From: an uncultured Gammaproteobacteria bacterium
GTDB lineage: Bacteria; Patescibacteriota; Patescibacteriia; Patescibacteriales; UBA12465
Assembly: GCA_964435515.1 (NCBI GenBank)
Contig: CAYSZD010000001.1
Location: forward strand, 4,026 to 68,025
Direction: 5' to 3'
Length of the DNA stretch: 64,000 nucleotides
The notes under the pieces were generated by a model. It saw nothing but the letters and a program-made list of their open reading frames with translations. It was not told the origin of the DNA and searched no databases. Below are positions 19,229-27,393 of this stretch, piece after piece (the stretch's first letter is position 1; each line of letters starts with the position of its first letter). The position numbers were made by a program, and so were the translations under genes.

Positions 19229-19283
19229 TTATTGCTGTCTATTTTTTAATTATTTTGCTATTATAGAAAAATAGAATATTTTT

Positions 19284-19709
19284 ATGAGGAGGAAAAAAAA
19301 TATACCAAAATCTATCTCTTATGTCCGAAAAAAACCAAAATCGGCTACTTTTGCTTTATTAACTAGTCCGCGTATTTTTACAATTATTGCTTTAATATTT
19401 ATAATTCTTATTCTCATTCCTTTAGCTAAAAATTATAGTAGACAACGATTAATTGAAAAAGAAGTGGCTGATATAAGTAAATCTATTGAAGAATTTGAAT
19501 CGAGTAGTCAGGAATTAAGGGAATTAGCTAGATATTTGGAGTCAGAGCAGTCTTTAGTTGAACAAGCACGTTTAAATATGGGTATGAAAAAACCGGGCGA
19601 ATCAGTTGTGGTTGTTCAGGGAGATTTATCTAAATTAATAAATCCTGTTTCTGAAAATAAAATAATTATTCCTAACTGGAAAAAATGGATAAATTATTTT
19701 TTTAATTAG
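19284..19709 (+). CDS. Septum formation initiator (FtsB/DivIC-like)
   Basis: Basic N-terminus, one TM helix, a coiled coil and the typical EQARLNMGMKKPGESVVVV tail. Confidence 0.6.
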   Translation: MRRKKNIPKSISYVRKKPKSATFALLTSPRIFTIIALIFIILILIPLAKNYSRQRLIEKEVADISKSIEEFESSSQELRELARYLESEQSLVEQARLNMGMKKPGESVVVVQGDLSKLINPVSENKIIIPNWKKWINYFFN

Positions 19710-19711
19710 TG

Positions 19712-19784
19712 AGCCGAGAATGGGAATTGAACCCACAACCTACGGTTTACGATACCGTTGCTCTACCAATTGAGCTATCTCGGC
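19712..19784 (-). tRNA. tRNA-Thr (anticodon CGT)
   Basis: Reverse complement GCCGAGATAGCTCAATTGGTAGAGCAACGGTATCGTAAACCGTAGGTTGTGGGTTCAATTCCCATTCTCGGCT folds as a cloverleaf: 7-bp acceptor stem, ACGGT/ACCGT anticodon stem, loop ATCGTAA. No encoded CCA. Confidence 0.9.
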
Positions 19785-19793
19785 CGCCAGTTG

Positions 19794-19865
19794 AGCGGGT
19801 GAGCGGAATCGAACCGCCGTCTTCAGCTTGGGAAGCTGACATAATAACCATTATACGACACCCGC
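19794..19865 (-). tRNA. tRNA-Gly (anticodon CCC)
   Basis: Reverse complement GCGGGTGTCGTATAATGGTTATTATGTCAGCTTCCCAAGCTGAAGACGGCGGTTCGATTCCGCTCACCCGCT. Anticodon stem TCAGC/GCTGA, loop TTCCCAA, T-loop TTCGATT. Confidence 0.88.
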
Positions 19866-19876
19866 TAATCAGTTAT

Positions 19877-19906
19877 ATTATAAGCAGAAGCTCCTAGCTT
19901 CGTCAA
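19877..19906 (-). promoter_or_regulatory. Candidate promoter of the tRNA-Gly/tRNA-Thr pair
   Basis: On the minus strand: TTGACG (19906-19901), 18-nt spacer, TATAAT (19882-19877). The -10 ends 11 nt upstream of the tRNA-Gly 5' end. Confidence 0.45.
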
Positions 19907-19942
19907 TTAATTATTTAATAATCGATTAATATATTATAAATT

Positions 19943-21496
19943 ATGTTTAGGAAAATAAATTACATTATATTTAGTAGCTTGTTATTTCTCGTTTTTTCTT
20001 TCTATTCGGTTCAAGCTATAGCCAGCGATAGTCGTCAAATTGTTTCCTTGTCTTTTGAGAAAGCTCAAATAGTGCAACAGGATTTATTTAAATTAGAATT
20101 ACCAGTTAAAAGTCTAAAGGCAAATACGGAGATTGTGGTGGAAAATTTAGGTTCAGTGTTTGATTGGCCTTGGAATTATTCCCCCTTAAGTAATGTCTAT
20201 CAATTTGACTTTAGTGATAGAGGGATAAATTATAATCAGTCTGAAGCTTTGCAGATATCTATTAGTTATTCTGAGGGCAATGATAATTATAAACAGATTT
20301 TTTTCTATGATAAAGGACAAGCTAAATGGCGTCCATTGCCATCAGTAGATGATCCTGTCAACAAGAAAGTTAGTGCTATTATTCATTTACCTTATGCACG
20401 AGTAGCTCTTTTAGAGAGTGATGAAGTGATGATGGTTGGCCAAGCTAGTTGGTATCGTTACAAAAATGGCTTATATGCCGCTTCACCTGATTTTGCTAAG
20501 GGCACTATTTTAAAGGTAACAAATTTAAACAATGGTAAATTTGTTGACGTTACCATTAATGATTACGGACCAGATAGATCTTTGCATCCAGAAAGAGTAA
20601 TAGATTTAGATGCGCTTGCTTTTAATAAAATTGCTTCTACCAGAGATGGTATTGTTAAAGTTAAATTAGATGTTGTTAAATTTGCTAGTCAGGAAGATAA
20701 AAATAAATTAGAAGCAGGTACAGTGGTGCCTGATATAGTGTCTAAATCGGCAACGGTTATGTCGGCTTTAGATGGTAGTATTTTATATGCTAAAAATGCT
20801 GATTTAGTAGCGCCTTTAGCTAGTTTAACTAAGCTATTAGCAATGAAAGTTTTTTTAGATTTAAAACCAGATTTTAATAAAGTAGTTAGTTATTCCGATC
20901 AAGATGCTGAATATAATTATGAACATGTTAATCCTTGGGAGTCGGCTCGCTTAAGAGTCACTAATGGCGAGACTTTAACAATAGAAAATTTACTGTATGC
21001 TACTTTAGTTGGCTCAGCTAATAATACTACTGAGACCTTAGTGCGTGTTAGTGGTATTTCTAGGAATGAGTTTATTAAAAAAATGAATGATCAAGCCAAA
21101 GCTTGGGGTGCTGTAAACAGTAAATTTATTGAGCCTACTGGTTTAGCTCCAGCAAATGTGAGCTCTCCTTTAGATTATGCTATAATAATTAGAGAGTTAT
21201 TTAAAGATGAATTGTTAAAAAAAATAAGCACGACTGCTAAGTATTCCTTTACAAGTATTAATAAAGATAAGACATATTATCTAACTAATACTAATTCTTT
21301 ATTAAAAACGGGTCAGTATAATATCGCCCTTTCTAAAACCGGTTATTTGGATGAAGCTGGATATTGTTTAATGACTCAGGTAGATTCAGAAAAAGGGCCT
21401 TTAATTATTGTTAACTTTAATTCCCCTACTCGGGCTGGTAGTTTTCAAGATAATGCCAATTTAATTAAATATGGACTTAAGCAGTTAGGAAAATAA
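19943..21496 (+). CDS. Secreted fusion: unknown N-domain + RlpA-like DPBB domain + serine DD-carboxypeptidase (S11/PBP5-like)
   Basis: Signal peptide; DPBB stretch GQASWYRYKNG...ILKVTNLNNGKFVDVTINDYGP; SxxK (ASLTK), SxN (GSANN) and KTG (SKTGY) motifs. Confidence 0.8.
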   Translation: MFRKINYIIFSSLLFLVFSFYSVQAIASDSRQIVSLSFEKAQIVQQDLFKLELPVKSLKANTEIVVENLGSVFDWPWNYSPLSNVYQFDFSDRGINYNQSEALQISISYSEGNDNYKQIFFYDKGQAKWRPLPSVDDPVNKKVSAIIHLPYARVALLESDEVMMVGQASWYRYKNGLYAASPDFAKGTILKVTNLNNGKFVDVTINDYGPDRSLHPERVIDLDALAFNKIASTRDGIVKVKLDVVKFASQEDKNKLEAGTVVPDIVSKSATVMSALDGSILYAKNADLVAPLASLTKLLAMKVFLDLKPDFNKVVSYSDQDAEYNYEHVNPWESARLRVTNGETLTIENLLYATLVGSANNTTETLVRVSGISRNEFIKKMNDQAKAWGAVNSKFIEPTGLAPANVSSPLDYAIIIRELFKDELLKKISTTAKYSFTSINKDKTYYLTNTNSLLKTGQYNIALSKTGYLDEAGYCLMTQVDSEKGPLIIVNFNSPTRAGSFQDNANLIKYGLKQLGK

Positions 21497-21502
21497 ATTT
21501 AT

Positions 21503-22183
21503 ATGATTACCTTGCTTCATGTTTCAAAAAAATATTCTCGTCAAAATCCCGTGTTAAGAGATGTAAATTTATACGTGAAGGCTGGCGAGTTTGTTTCTAT
21601 TGTAGGGCAATCCGGGGCAGGTAAAACAACTTTGGTGCGTCTTCTTATTGGTGAAGAAAGAGCTGATGAGGGTCAGGTTATCATTGGTGATTGGGATATT
21701 ACTAAGATCAATCGTCATGAAGTTCCATATCTGCGTCGTCAGATAGGAGTTATTTTTCAAGATTTTAAATTGTTGCCAAAGAAGACTTTGTATGAAAATG
21801 TAGCTTTTGCTTTGGAAGTTTGTGGCGCTAGCAGAGGAAAAATAAATAAGATAGTTCCCAGTGTGTTAAAGATTGTTGGTTTAGAAGATAAGCATAATCG
21901 TTATCCTCATGAAGTTTCTGGTGGAGAAAAACAAAGAGTAGCCATTGCGAGAGCTTTAGTTCATCAGCCACGTATTCTATTGGCAGATGAGCCGACTGGT
22001 AATCTGGACGCTATTAATGCTGATGAAATTATCGATTTACTTTTACGGATTAATAAATTTGGTACCACTGTTATTCTAGTTACACATAACAAAGAGATTG
22101 TTAATCGTCTCAAGCGTCGAGTCGTTACTATGGATAAGGGTCAAATCGTGAGTGATAGGGCTCATGGTAAATATATGCTTTAA
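21503..22183 (+). CDS. ftsE: Cell division ABC ATPase FtsE
   Basis: Walker A GQSGAGKTT, ABC signature SGGEKQRVAIARAL, Walker B ILLADEPTGNLD. Confidence 0.93.
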   Translation: MITLLHVSKKYSRQNPVLRDVNLYVKAGEFVSIVGQSGAGKTTLVRLLIGEERADEGQVIIGDWDITKINRHEVPYLRRQIGVIFQDFKLLPKKTLYENVAFALEVCGASRGKINKIVPSVLKIVGLEDKHNRYPHEVSGGEKQRVAIARALVHQPRILLADEPTGNLDAINADEIIDLLLRINKFGTTVILVTHNKEIVNRLKRRVVTMDKGQIVSDRAHGKYML

Positions 22184-22193
22184 CTATTTATTT

Positions 22194-23102
22194 ATGCTTT
22201 CTTTTTTACGCATTATAAAATTTAGTTTTCAAGATATTGCTAGAAATGTCTGGCTCTCTATTGTGACTATTACCATTTTGTTAATCGCTCTTTTCTCTAT
22301 TAATACCCTACTAACAGTTAGGGCTGTAAGTGACAATGCTGTTAATGCTGTAAAAGAAAAAATAGATATCAGTCTCTATTTAAAAGCAGATGCCTCAGAA
22401 AAAGACATTATTTCTTTACAAGAACGTATTACAGGTTTACCTGAGGTTAAAAGTGTAAGTTATACTTCAAAACAAGAGGCTTTAGAAATATTTCGTACTC
22501 GTTATCGAGATAATCAAGAGATCTTACAAGCCTTAAATGAATTAGGTAAAAATCCTCTTTCTCCAAGTTTAGCTATCATGCCATCTGATATAGATAATGC
22601 TTCTAATTTAATTAATATTTTACGTCAGTTAGATTCTGATATTATTGAGTCAAGAGATTTTAGCGATAATTCTGTGATTGTAGATAAAATTCAGAATATT
22701 ACTAAAAGAATAAATGAAGTAGGCGCAGTTATAATAATTATCTTTGTCTTAATCAGCTTATTGGTTGTGTATAATTCTATTCGGGTGGCTGTTTATACTC
22801 ATAAAAAGGAAATTGAAATTATGCGTTTAGTGGGAGCTTCAAATTTCTTTATTTATATGCCTTTTCTTTTTTCTGCTTTTATCTACGCTCTTGTAAGTGT
22901 CATGATAATGATTGCTCTTTTTTATCCCTTCCTCACTTTAATCCAACCTTATTTATCAGTATTTTTAGCTGGTTATAATGTTAATTTGTTAGAATATTTT
23001 GTTTATAACTTTTGGCCTATTTTTGGAGCACAGTTTGCTGTTATTTTCTTTATCACTCTATTTGCTAGTTTTTATGCAGTTCGTAAGTATGCGCGTATTT
23101 AG
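22194..23102 (+). CDS. ftsX: Cell division permease FtsX
   Basis: The ATG at 22194 (MLSFLRIIKF...) is preferred over the tracked start at 22152, which overlaps ftsE. Four TM helices with a periplasmic loop, and the MRLVGASNFFI motif. Confidence 0.85.
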   Translation: MLSFLRIIKFSFQDIARNVWLSIVTITILLIALFSINTLLTVRAVSDNAVNAVKEKIDISLYLKADASEKDIISLQERITGLPEVKSVSYTSKQEALEIFRTRYRDNQEILQALNELGKNPLSPSLAIMPSDIDNASNLINILRQLDSDIIESRDFSDNSVIVDKIQNITKRINEVGAVIIIIFVLISLLVVYNSIRVAVYTHKKEIEIMRLVGASNFFIYMPFLFSAFIYALVSVMIMIALFYPFLTLIQPYLSVFLAGYNVNLLEYFVYNFWPIFGAQFAVIFFITLFASFYAVRKYARI

Positions 23103-23110
23103 TGAAATAG

Positions 23111-23136
23111 AAAAAGCGCTTATTTGGCGCTTTTTT
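23111..23136 (+). terminator. Intrinsic terminator after ftsX
   Basis: AAAAAGCGC/GCGCTTTTT stem with a TTATTTG loop and a T-run. Confidence 0.7.
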
Positions 23137-23142
23137 GTATGG

Positions 23143-23171
23143 TTGACCTAATATTATAAATGTAATACTAT
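23143..23171 (+). promoter_or_regulatory. Candidate promoter of tRNA-Gln
   Basis: TTGACC (23143-23148), 17-nt spacer, TACTAT (23166-23171). The -10 ends 11 nt upstream of the tRNA 5' end. Confidence 0.4.
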
Positions 23172-23182
23172 GTTTTAAGTAT

Positions 23183-23253
23183 TCGGGGATCGTCTAATGG
23201 TAGGACAGTGGCCTTTGAAGCCATCAATCATGGTTCGAATCCATGTCCCCGAG
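23183..23253 (+). tRNA. tRNA-Gln (anticodon TTG)
   Basis: TCGGGGATCGTCTAATGGTAGGACAGTGGCCTTTGAAGCCATCAATCATGGTTCGAATCCATGTCCCCGAG. It has U1-A72 (typical of bacterial tRNA-Gln), anticodon stem GTGGC/GCCAT, loop CTTTGAA and T-arm CATGG-TTCGAAT-CCATG. Confidence 0.92.
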
Positions 23254-23416
23254 CAAAACACAAAATCAGGCTTTTAAGGCCTATTTTTGTTTTAATATTA
23301 GAAACATTTTAAGTTCTAAAGTGGTTCGAACTTTTTTGGGATATTTGGGATAATTTATAGTAATCTATAGAAATACCTTGATTTTATTGGTCAATATCGG
23401 TTCGAATCCATGTCCT
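23219..23416 (+). repeat. Repeat unit A: authentic tRNA-Gln 3' part + hairpin/T-run + 128-nt core
   Basis: AGCCAT...CCCCGAGCA (23219-23255), hairpin 23268-23288, core GTTTTAATATTAGA...GGTTCGAATCCATGTCCT (23289-23416). Confidence 0.85.
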
Positions 23417-23494
23417 ATTTTTAAACTTAAAATATGTTATAATGAATTTATAAAGTTAATAATATAAATAAAAAATAATTTTAAGAATTAAAAT

Positions 23495-24445
23495 ATGGCA
23501 GCACAAATTTTGATTTTAATAGTCTCATTGATAACTTTGGGATTTGCAGCAAATTACCTTGTTAACTCTAGTATAAAAATTGCTAGAAAATGGAAAGTTT
23601 CTGAAATGTTTATTGGCTTAACTATTGTTGCTATTGGAACATCTGCCCCGGAATTAGCAGTTTCCGCCTTCGCCGCCTTAAAGGGCCAAGGGGATTTGTC
23701 TGTTGGGAATGTTATTGGCTCTAATATTTTTAATTTAGGATTCATCTTGGGTCTAGTTACTATTATTGCGCCACAGGTAATTCCTAAAAAAATGGTTAAA
23801 CGAGATGGGGTGGTTCTTTTTATCTCCACAATCATGATTCTTTTTTTCATGTGGGATCTTAAAATTGTTTTTTGGGAAGGACTAATCTTATTAGCTAGTT
23901 TAGTTTCATATTTAACCCTTCTTTGGGTTAAGAAAGACGTTCAAACGGAAGAAGATGATGGAGAAGTTGCGACACGGAAAGACTATTTAATCTTTATAAT
24001 TAGTTTAGCTATTTTGGTAAAATCATCCGATTTCACAGTTTCGTCTGCTGTTTTTATTGCTGAGTACTTCAAAATTTCTGCTTGGGCTATTGGGGCAACT
24101 ATCGTTGCTGCTGGGACAAGTTTGCCCGAAATGGCCACCTCAATAATTGCCGCCTTAAAAAAGAAATTTGGTTTATCTGTCGGCAATGTGATTGGTTCCG
24201 ATATTTTTAACACGTTTGGCATAATAGGAATAAGTAGCGTTATCGCCCCAATTTCACTAATGTCAAAGGGGCAAATCTTTGGCATAGCTGATTCTGTTTT
24301 TTCTGTTATCATGTTAATAGCCACCATTCTTCTTCTATTAATATTTATGAGAAGCGGCTGGAAGATTAGTCGTAGGGAAGGAATTATCATCTTGATAATT
24401 GCTTTGATGAGAATGGCTTTTGAGGTTTATGTTGGAAAAACGTAA
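23495..24445 (+). CDS. CaCA-family cation/Ca2+ exchanger (YrbG-like)
   Basis: 316 aa, about 10 TM helices. Two alpha-repeats, GTSAPELAVS and GTSLPEMATS, each followed by GNVIGS(N/D)IFN. Confidence 0.88.
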   Translation: MAAQILILIVSLITLGFAANYLVNSSIKIARKWKVSEMFIGLTIVAIGTSAPELAVSAFAALKGQGDLSVGNVIGSNIFNLGFILGLVTIIAPQVIPKKMVKRDGVVLFISTIMILFFMWDLKIVFWEGLILLASLVSYLTLLWVKKDVQTEEDDGEVATRKDYLIFIISLAILVKSSDFTVSSAVFIAEYFKISAWAIGATIVAAGTSLPEMATSIIAALKKKFGLSVGNVIGSDIFNTFGIIGISSVIAPISLMSKGQIFGIADSVFSVIMLIATILLLLIFMRSGWKISRREGIIILIIALMRMAFEVYVGKT

Positions 24446-24570
24446 AATATAATATTTATAAATAATCGTACGAAATGTTGATGAGTTAGCCCGTATTTAT
24501 TAGATTTTTCCTTGTAACTGAGTATTACTCTTTAGAGATAGGATCGTACCTATAATTATCATCTAATTTT

Positions 24571-24737
24571 AGCCACACTATTTCGAACTTCGTCCACGAC
24601 CCCGAGCACCTTTATAGAAACGAGCGGAAACGCCCGTTTTTATTATGTAAAATCGGTTCGAAAATAACATCAAATTATTACTATTTTAGCAAACACCTTG
24701 ATTTTATTAGCTCAAAAAAGTTCGAATCCTTGTCCCT
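24571..24737 (+). repeat. Repeat unit B (most degenerate): tRNA-Gln 3'-half remnant + hairpin/T-run + shortened core
   Basis: AGCCACACTATTTCGAACTTCGTCCACGACCCCGAGCA (24571-24608), hairpin 24620-24641, then a core remnant ending CCTTGATTTTATTAGCTCAAAAAAGTTCGAATCCTTGTCCCT. Confidence 0.75.
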
Positions 24738-24775
24738 GTTTTTAAAATATTAATTATGAGATATAATTAAAATAT

Positions 24776-25285
24776 ATGAAATTTATAAAAACTATACAAT
24801 TTAAAGATCTAAGAATCGAAGATACTGATAAGTTTAAAATTCGCCGGGCAGCCAGGGCTGTTGTTTTTGATAATAATAAAAATATTGGGATTTTATATGT
24901 CAGCAAATATAATTATCATAAACTACCTGGAGGCGGTCTTGAAGGCGACGAAGCCATCGAAGGGGCGCTTAAAAGAGAATGCTTAGAAGAGATTGGGTGT
25001 AGCACAGAAATATTTGGCGAGCTTGGGGAAATTATTGAATACAGAGATAAATGGTCTTTAAAACAGCATTCATATTGCTATTTAGCTAATGTTGTCGGCG
25101 AAAAAGGGAGTCCTAATTTTACTGAAAAGGAAATAGATAATGGTTTTGAAATAAAATGGGTTTCGCTACAGGAAGCTATTAAATTACTAGAAAATGATAA
25201 GCCGGAAGATTATGAGGGAGGATTTATACAAATAAGAGATAGCAGTTTTCTTAAAGAAGCCAAGAACCTTTTAGAAACTGCATAG
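24776..25285 (+). CDS. NUDIX hydrolase
   Basis: Nudix box GGGLEGDEAIEGALKRECLEEIGC. Confidence 0.85.
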   Translation: MKFIKTIQFKDLRIEDTDKFKIRRAARAVVFDNNKNIGILYVSKYNYHKLPGGGLEGDEAIEGALKRECLEEIGCSTEIFGELGEIIEYRDKWSLKQHSYCYLANVVGEKGSPNFTEKEIDNGFEIKWVSLQEAIKLLENDKPEDYEGGFIQIRDSSFLKEAKNLLETA

Positions 25286-25294
25286 TCAACTAAT

Positions 25295-25573
25295 ATGCCA
25301 AAAAAAATAATAAAAAAGATTCTTCCTGAATATTTTCAAGATATTGTTGACGGAAAAAAGAAGTACGAGTTTCGTCTTAATGATTTTAATATTAAGGTTG
25401 GAGATACTCTAGTTTTAGAAGAGTGGACATCAGCAGATCCTAAAAATAGGCAAGCCACTGGCAGAAAATTAGAAAGAAAAGTTACGTATTTAAGAAAGTT
25501 TAAATTACAAGATTTGTGGTTTAGTGAAGAAGATATTAAAGAGAAGGGGTTTCAAATAATTTCATTCGAATGA
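25295..25573 (+). CDS. ASCH/PUA-fold small protein (DUF3850-like)
   Basis: ILPEYFQDIVDGKKKYEFRLNDFNIKVGDTLVLEEW matches the DUF3850/ASCH pattern (xPxYFxxIxxGxKxFExRxND..xxVGDxLxLxE). Ends at a TGA stop. Confidence 0.65.
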   Translation: MPKKIIKKILPEYFQDIVDGKKKYEFRLNDFNIKVGDTLVLEEWTSADPKNRQATGRKLERKVTYLRKFKLQDLWFSEEDIKEKGFQIISFE

Positions 25574-25625
25574 AATTATTTGGAAGAAAATTAAATTAAT
25601 CGGTATCTGAATTTTCCTTATTATT

Positions 25626-25825
25626 AGCCATCCACGTCCGAAAACCGTCTCTCCAAGCGAGCAAAACAACAAAATTGAGCCGAAAGGCTCTTTTTTTGTT
25701 TTAATATTAGATACATTTTAAGTTCCAAAGCGGTTCGAATATTTTTGGGATATTTTAGATAATCTACAGTAATTTATATAAAAACCTTGATTTCATTGGT
25801 CAATATTGGTTCGAATCCACGTCCT
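25626..25825 (+). repeat. Repeat unit C: tRNA-Gln 3'-half remnant + GNRA hairpin/T-run + 128-nt core
   Basis: AGCCATCCACGTCCGAAAACCGTCTCTCCAAGCGAGCA (25626-25663), GAGCC-GAAA-GGCTC + T7 (25677-25697), core 25698-25825. Confidence 0.85.
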
Positions 25826-25872
25826 GTGTTTTTGGTTTTTATATTTTAATTTTTAGGTTATAATAGTGATAT

Positions 25873-26799
25873 ATGAAACCAACACTTATCACATGTTATG
25901 TAAATCCAGACTTAGATGGGGTGGCTGGAGCCTTTGCCTATGGTGAATTTTTACAGAAGACGGGCAGAGAATCTATTGTTGGTATTATCGGAGAGCCGCA
26001 CGACGAAGCTAAATATATTTTAGATCGTTATAATATTCCATATCCCCAGAAAATAATTAATGCTGATAATTTTGATGAGGTCGTCCTGGTTGACGCCAGC
26101 GATTTAAATGGTCTTGAGGGAAATATTGCGCCGGAAAAAGTAGTTGAGATTATTGATCACAGAAAAATTAATGAAGCTGATAAATTTCCTAATGCTAGGG
26201 TGCAAATTGAATTAGTCGGCTCAGCTGCTACTTTAATAGCAGAAAAGTTTATTGAAAATAATATTAATATTTCCAAAGAGTCAGCAATTTTACTTTGTGG
26301 AGCCATTATATCCAATACTCTTAATTTTAAGGGTGGAGTTACAACAGACAGAGATAAAAAGGCCGTAGAGTATCTTGATAAAATAGCACTCTTGCCAGAT
26401 AATTTCTGGAAAGATCTTTTTATGGCCAAGTCAGATTTATCAGGAAGCAAGTTGAGTGAAAGAATTGAAGGCGATTTTGCGTGGTTTACTTTTGCTGATA
26501 AAAAAGTTGGCATTGCTCAAATTGAAATTGTCGGAGCTGAGATGCTTATCAAAGAAAGAATTGAAGAAATTATTAAGGTACTTGAGAAAATAAGGCAAGA
26601 TATGGGACTAGATTATATTTTTCAAAATACTATCGAGTTAGAGTTAGAATGTAATTATTTTATCAGTCCAGATCTAAAAACACAGAAACTATTGGAAAAA
26701 GTTTTAAATATTAAATTTAATGAGGCTGTTGCCAAAAGGCCAAATTTAATCATGCGCAAGCAAATCGTTCCACTAATTAAAGAGGAACTAGAACATTAA
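25873..26799 (+). CDS. DHH/DHHA2 phosphoesterase (family II inorganic pyrophosphatase-like)
   Basis: N-terminal NPDLDG metal motif, VDASD, IIDHRK (DHH-position motif), and a C-terminal DHHA2-like MRKQIVP motif. At 308 aa it is the size of PpaC-type enzymes. Confidence 0.75.
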   Translation: MKPTLITCYVNPDLDGVAGAFAYGEFLQKTGRESIVGIIGEPHDEAKYILDRYNIPYPQKIINADNFDEVVLVDASDLNGLEGNIAPEKVVEIIDHRKINEADKFPNARVQIELVGSAATLIAEKFIENNINISKESAILLCGAIISNTLNFKGGVTTDRDKKAVEYLDKIALLPDNFWKDLFMAKSDLSGSKLSERIEGDFAWFTFADKKVGIAQIEIVGAEMLIKERIEEIIKVLEKIRQDMGLDYIFQNTIELELECNYFISPDLKTQKLLEKVLNIKFNEAVAKRPNLIMRKQIVPLIKEELEH

Positions 26800-26821
26800 A
26801 AAAGCTATTATCTTAATTACT

Positions 26822-27364
26822 ATGGAAGAATATTTAGATATTGTTGATGAAAATAATAATATTACGGGAGAAAAGAAATTGAGATCTCTAATTCACAAAG
26901 ACGGCTCTTGGCACAGAACGGTTCATATTTATTATTTTATGAAGAAGAATAATGAATATTATTTTCTCGTTCATCTCAGGTCTAAAGCAAAAGATTTGTG
27001 CCCAAACATGTGGGACACACGTTTTGGTGGCCATTTAAAATCAGGTCAGGATGTAAAACAAACACTTATATCTGAGTTAGAAGAAGAAATTGGATTAAGG
27101 GCTGATATTAATAAATTTATTCCCGGGCCAATTTTAAAAAGAGATGATTTGCCAAACAATGAATTTACTTATGTTTATTATTATCCAGGATTAGAGGATA
27201 TTAGTAGTTTAAAATTTGCTGATAATGAGGTTCAAGAAGTGAAGTGGTTGCCAGCGCAAGATATAGTAGAGGGAATTAAAAATAATTCTAATGATTGGGC
27301 CCCTAGTTTAGAGGGTTTTGAAGGCATTTATAAGTATTTTATTGATTTTCAAGATTCTAAGTAG
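26822..27364 (+). CDS. NUDIX hydrolase
   Basis: Nudix box GGHLKSGQDVKQTLISELEEEIGL, and an upstream WHRTVHIYYF strand typical of the fold. Confidence 0.8.
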   Translation: MEEYLDIVDENNNITGEKKLRSLIHKDGSWHRTVHIYYFMKKNNEYYFLVHLRSKAKDLCPNMWDTRFGGHLKSGQDVKQTLISELEEEIGLRADINKFIPGPILKRDDLPNNEFTYVYYYPGLEDISSLKFADNEVQEVKWLPAQDIVEGIKNNSNDWAPSLEGFEGIYKYFIDFQDSK

Positions 27365-27393
27365 GATTATACTTCTAGTTTTTCTTAAATATT

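Noticed and set aside
19709-19897. Tracked 62-aa ORF on the + strand
   Set aside because: It lies entirely antisense to the two well-folding tRNA genes (tRNA-Thr 19712-19784, tRNA-Gly 19794-19865). The open frame comes from GC-rich tRNA sequence, not from a coding gene.
23336-23416. Core right half as a functional extra tRNA gene
   Set aside because: GGGATAT could pair with ATGTCCT as an acceptor-like stem. However, the T-stem (ATCGG vs CCATG) pairs at only 2 positions, and no D-arm or anticodon arm can be drawn. It is best read as a tRNA-Gln-derived remnant.
24446-24570. 125-nt unassigned stretch between the CaCA gene and repeat unit B (contains ATCGTAC twice)
   Set aside because: I could find no ORF, convincing hairpin or similarity to the other units. 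It is probably decayed cassette tail sequence.
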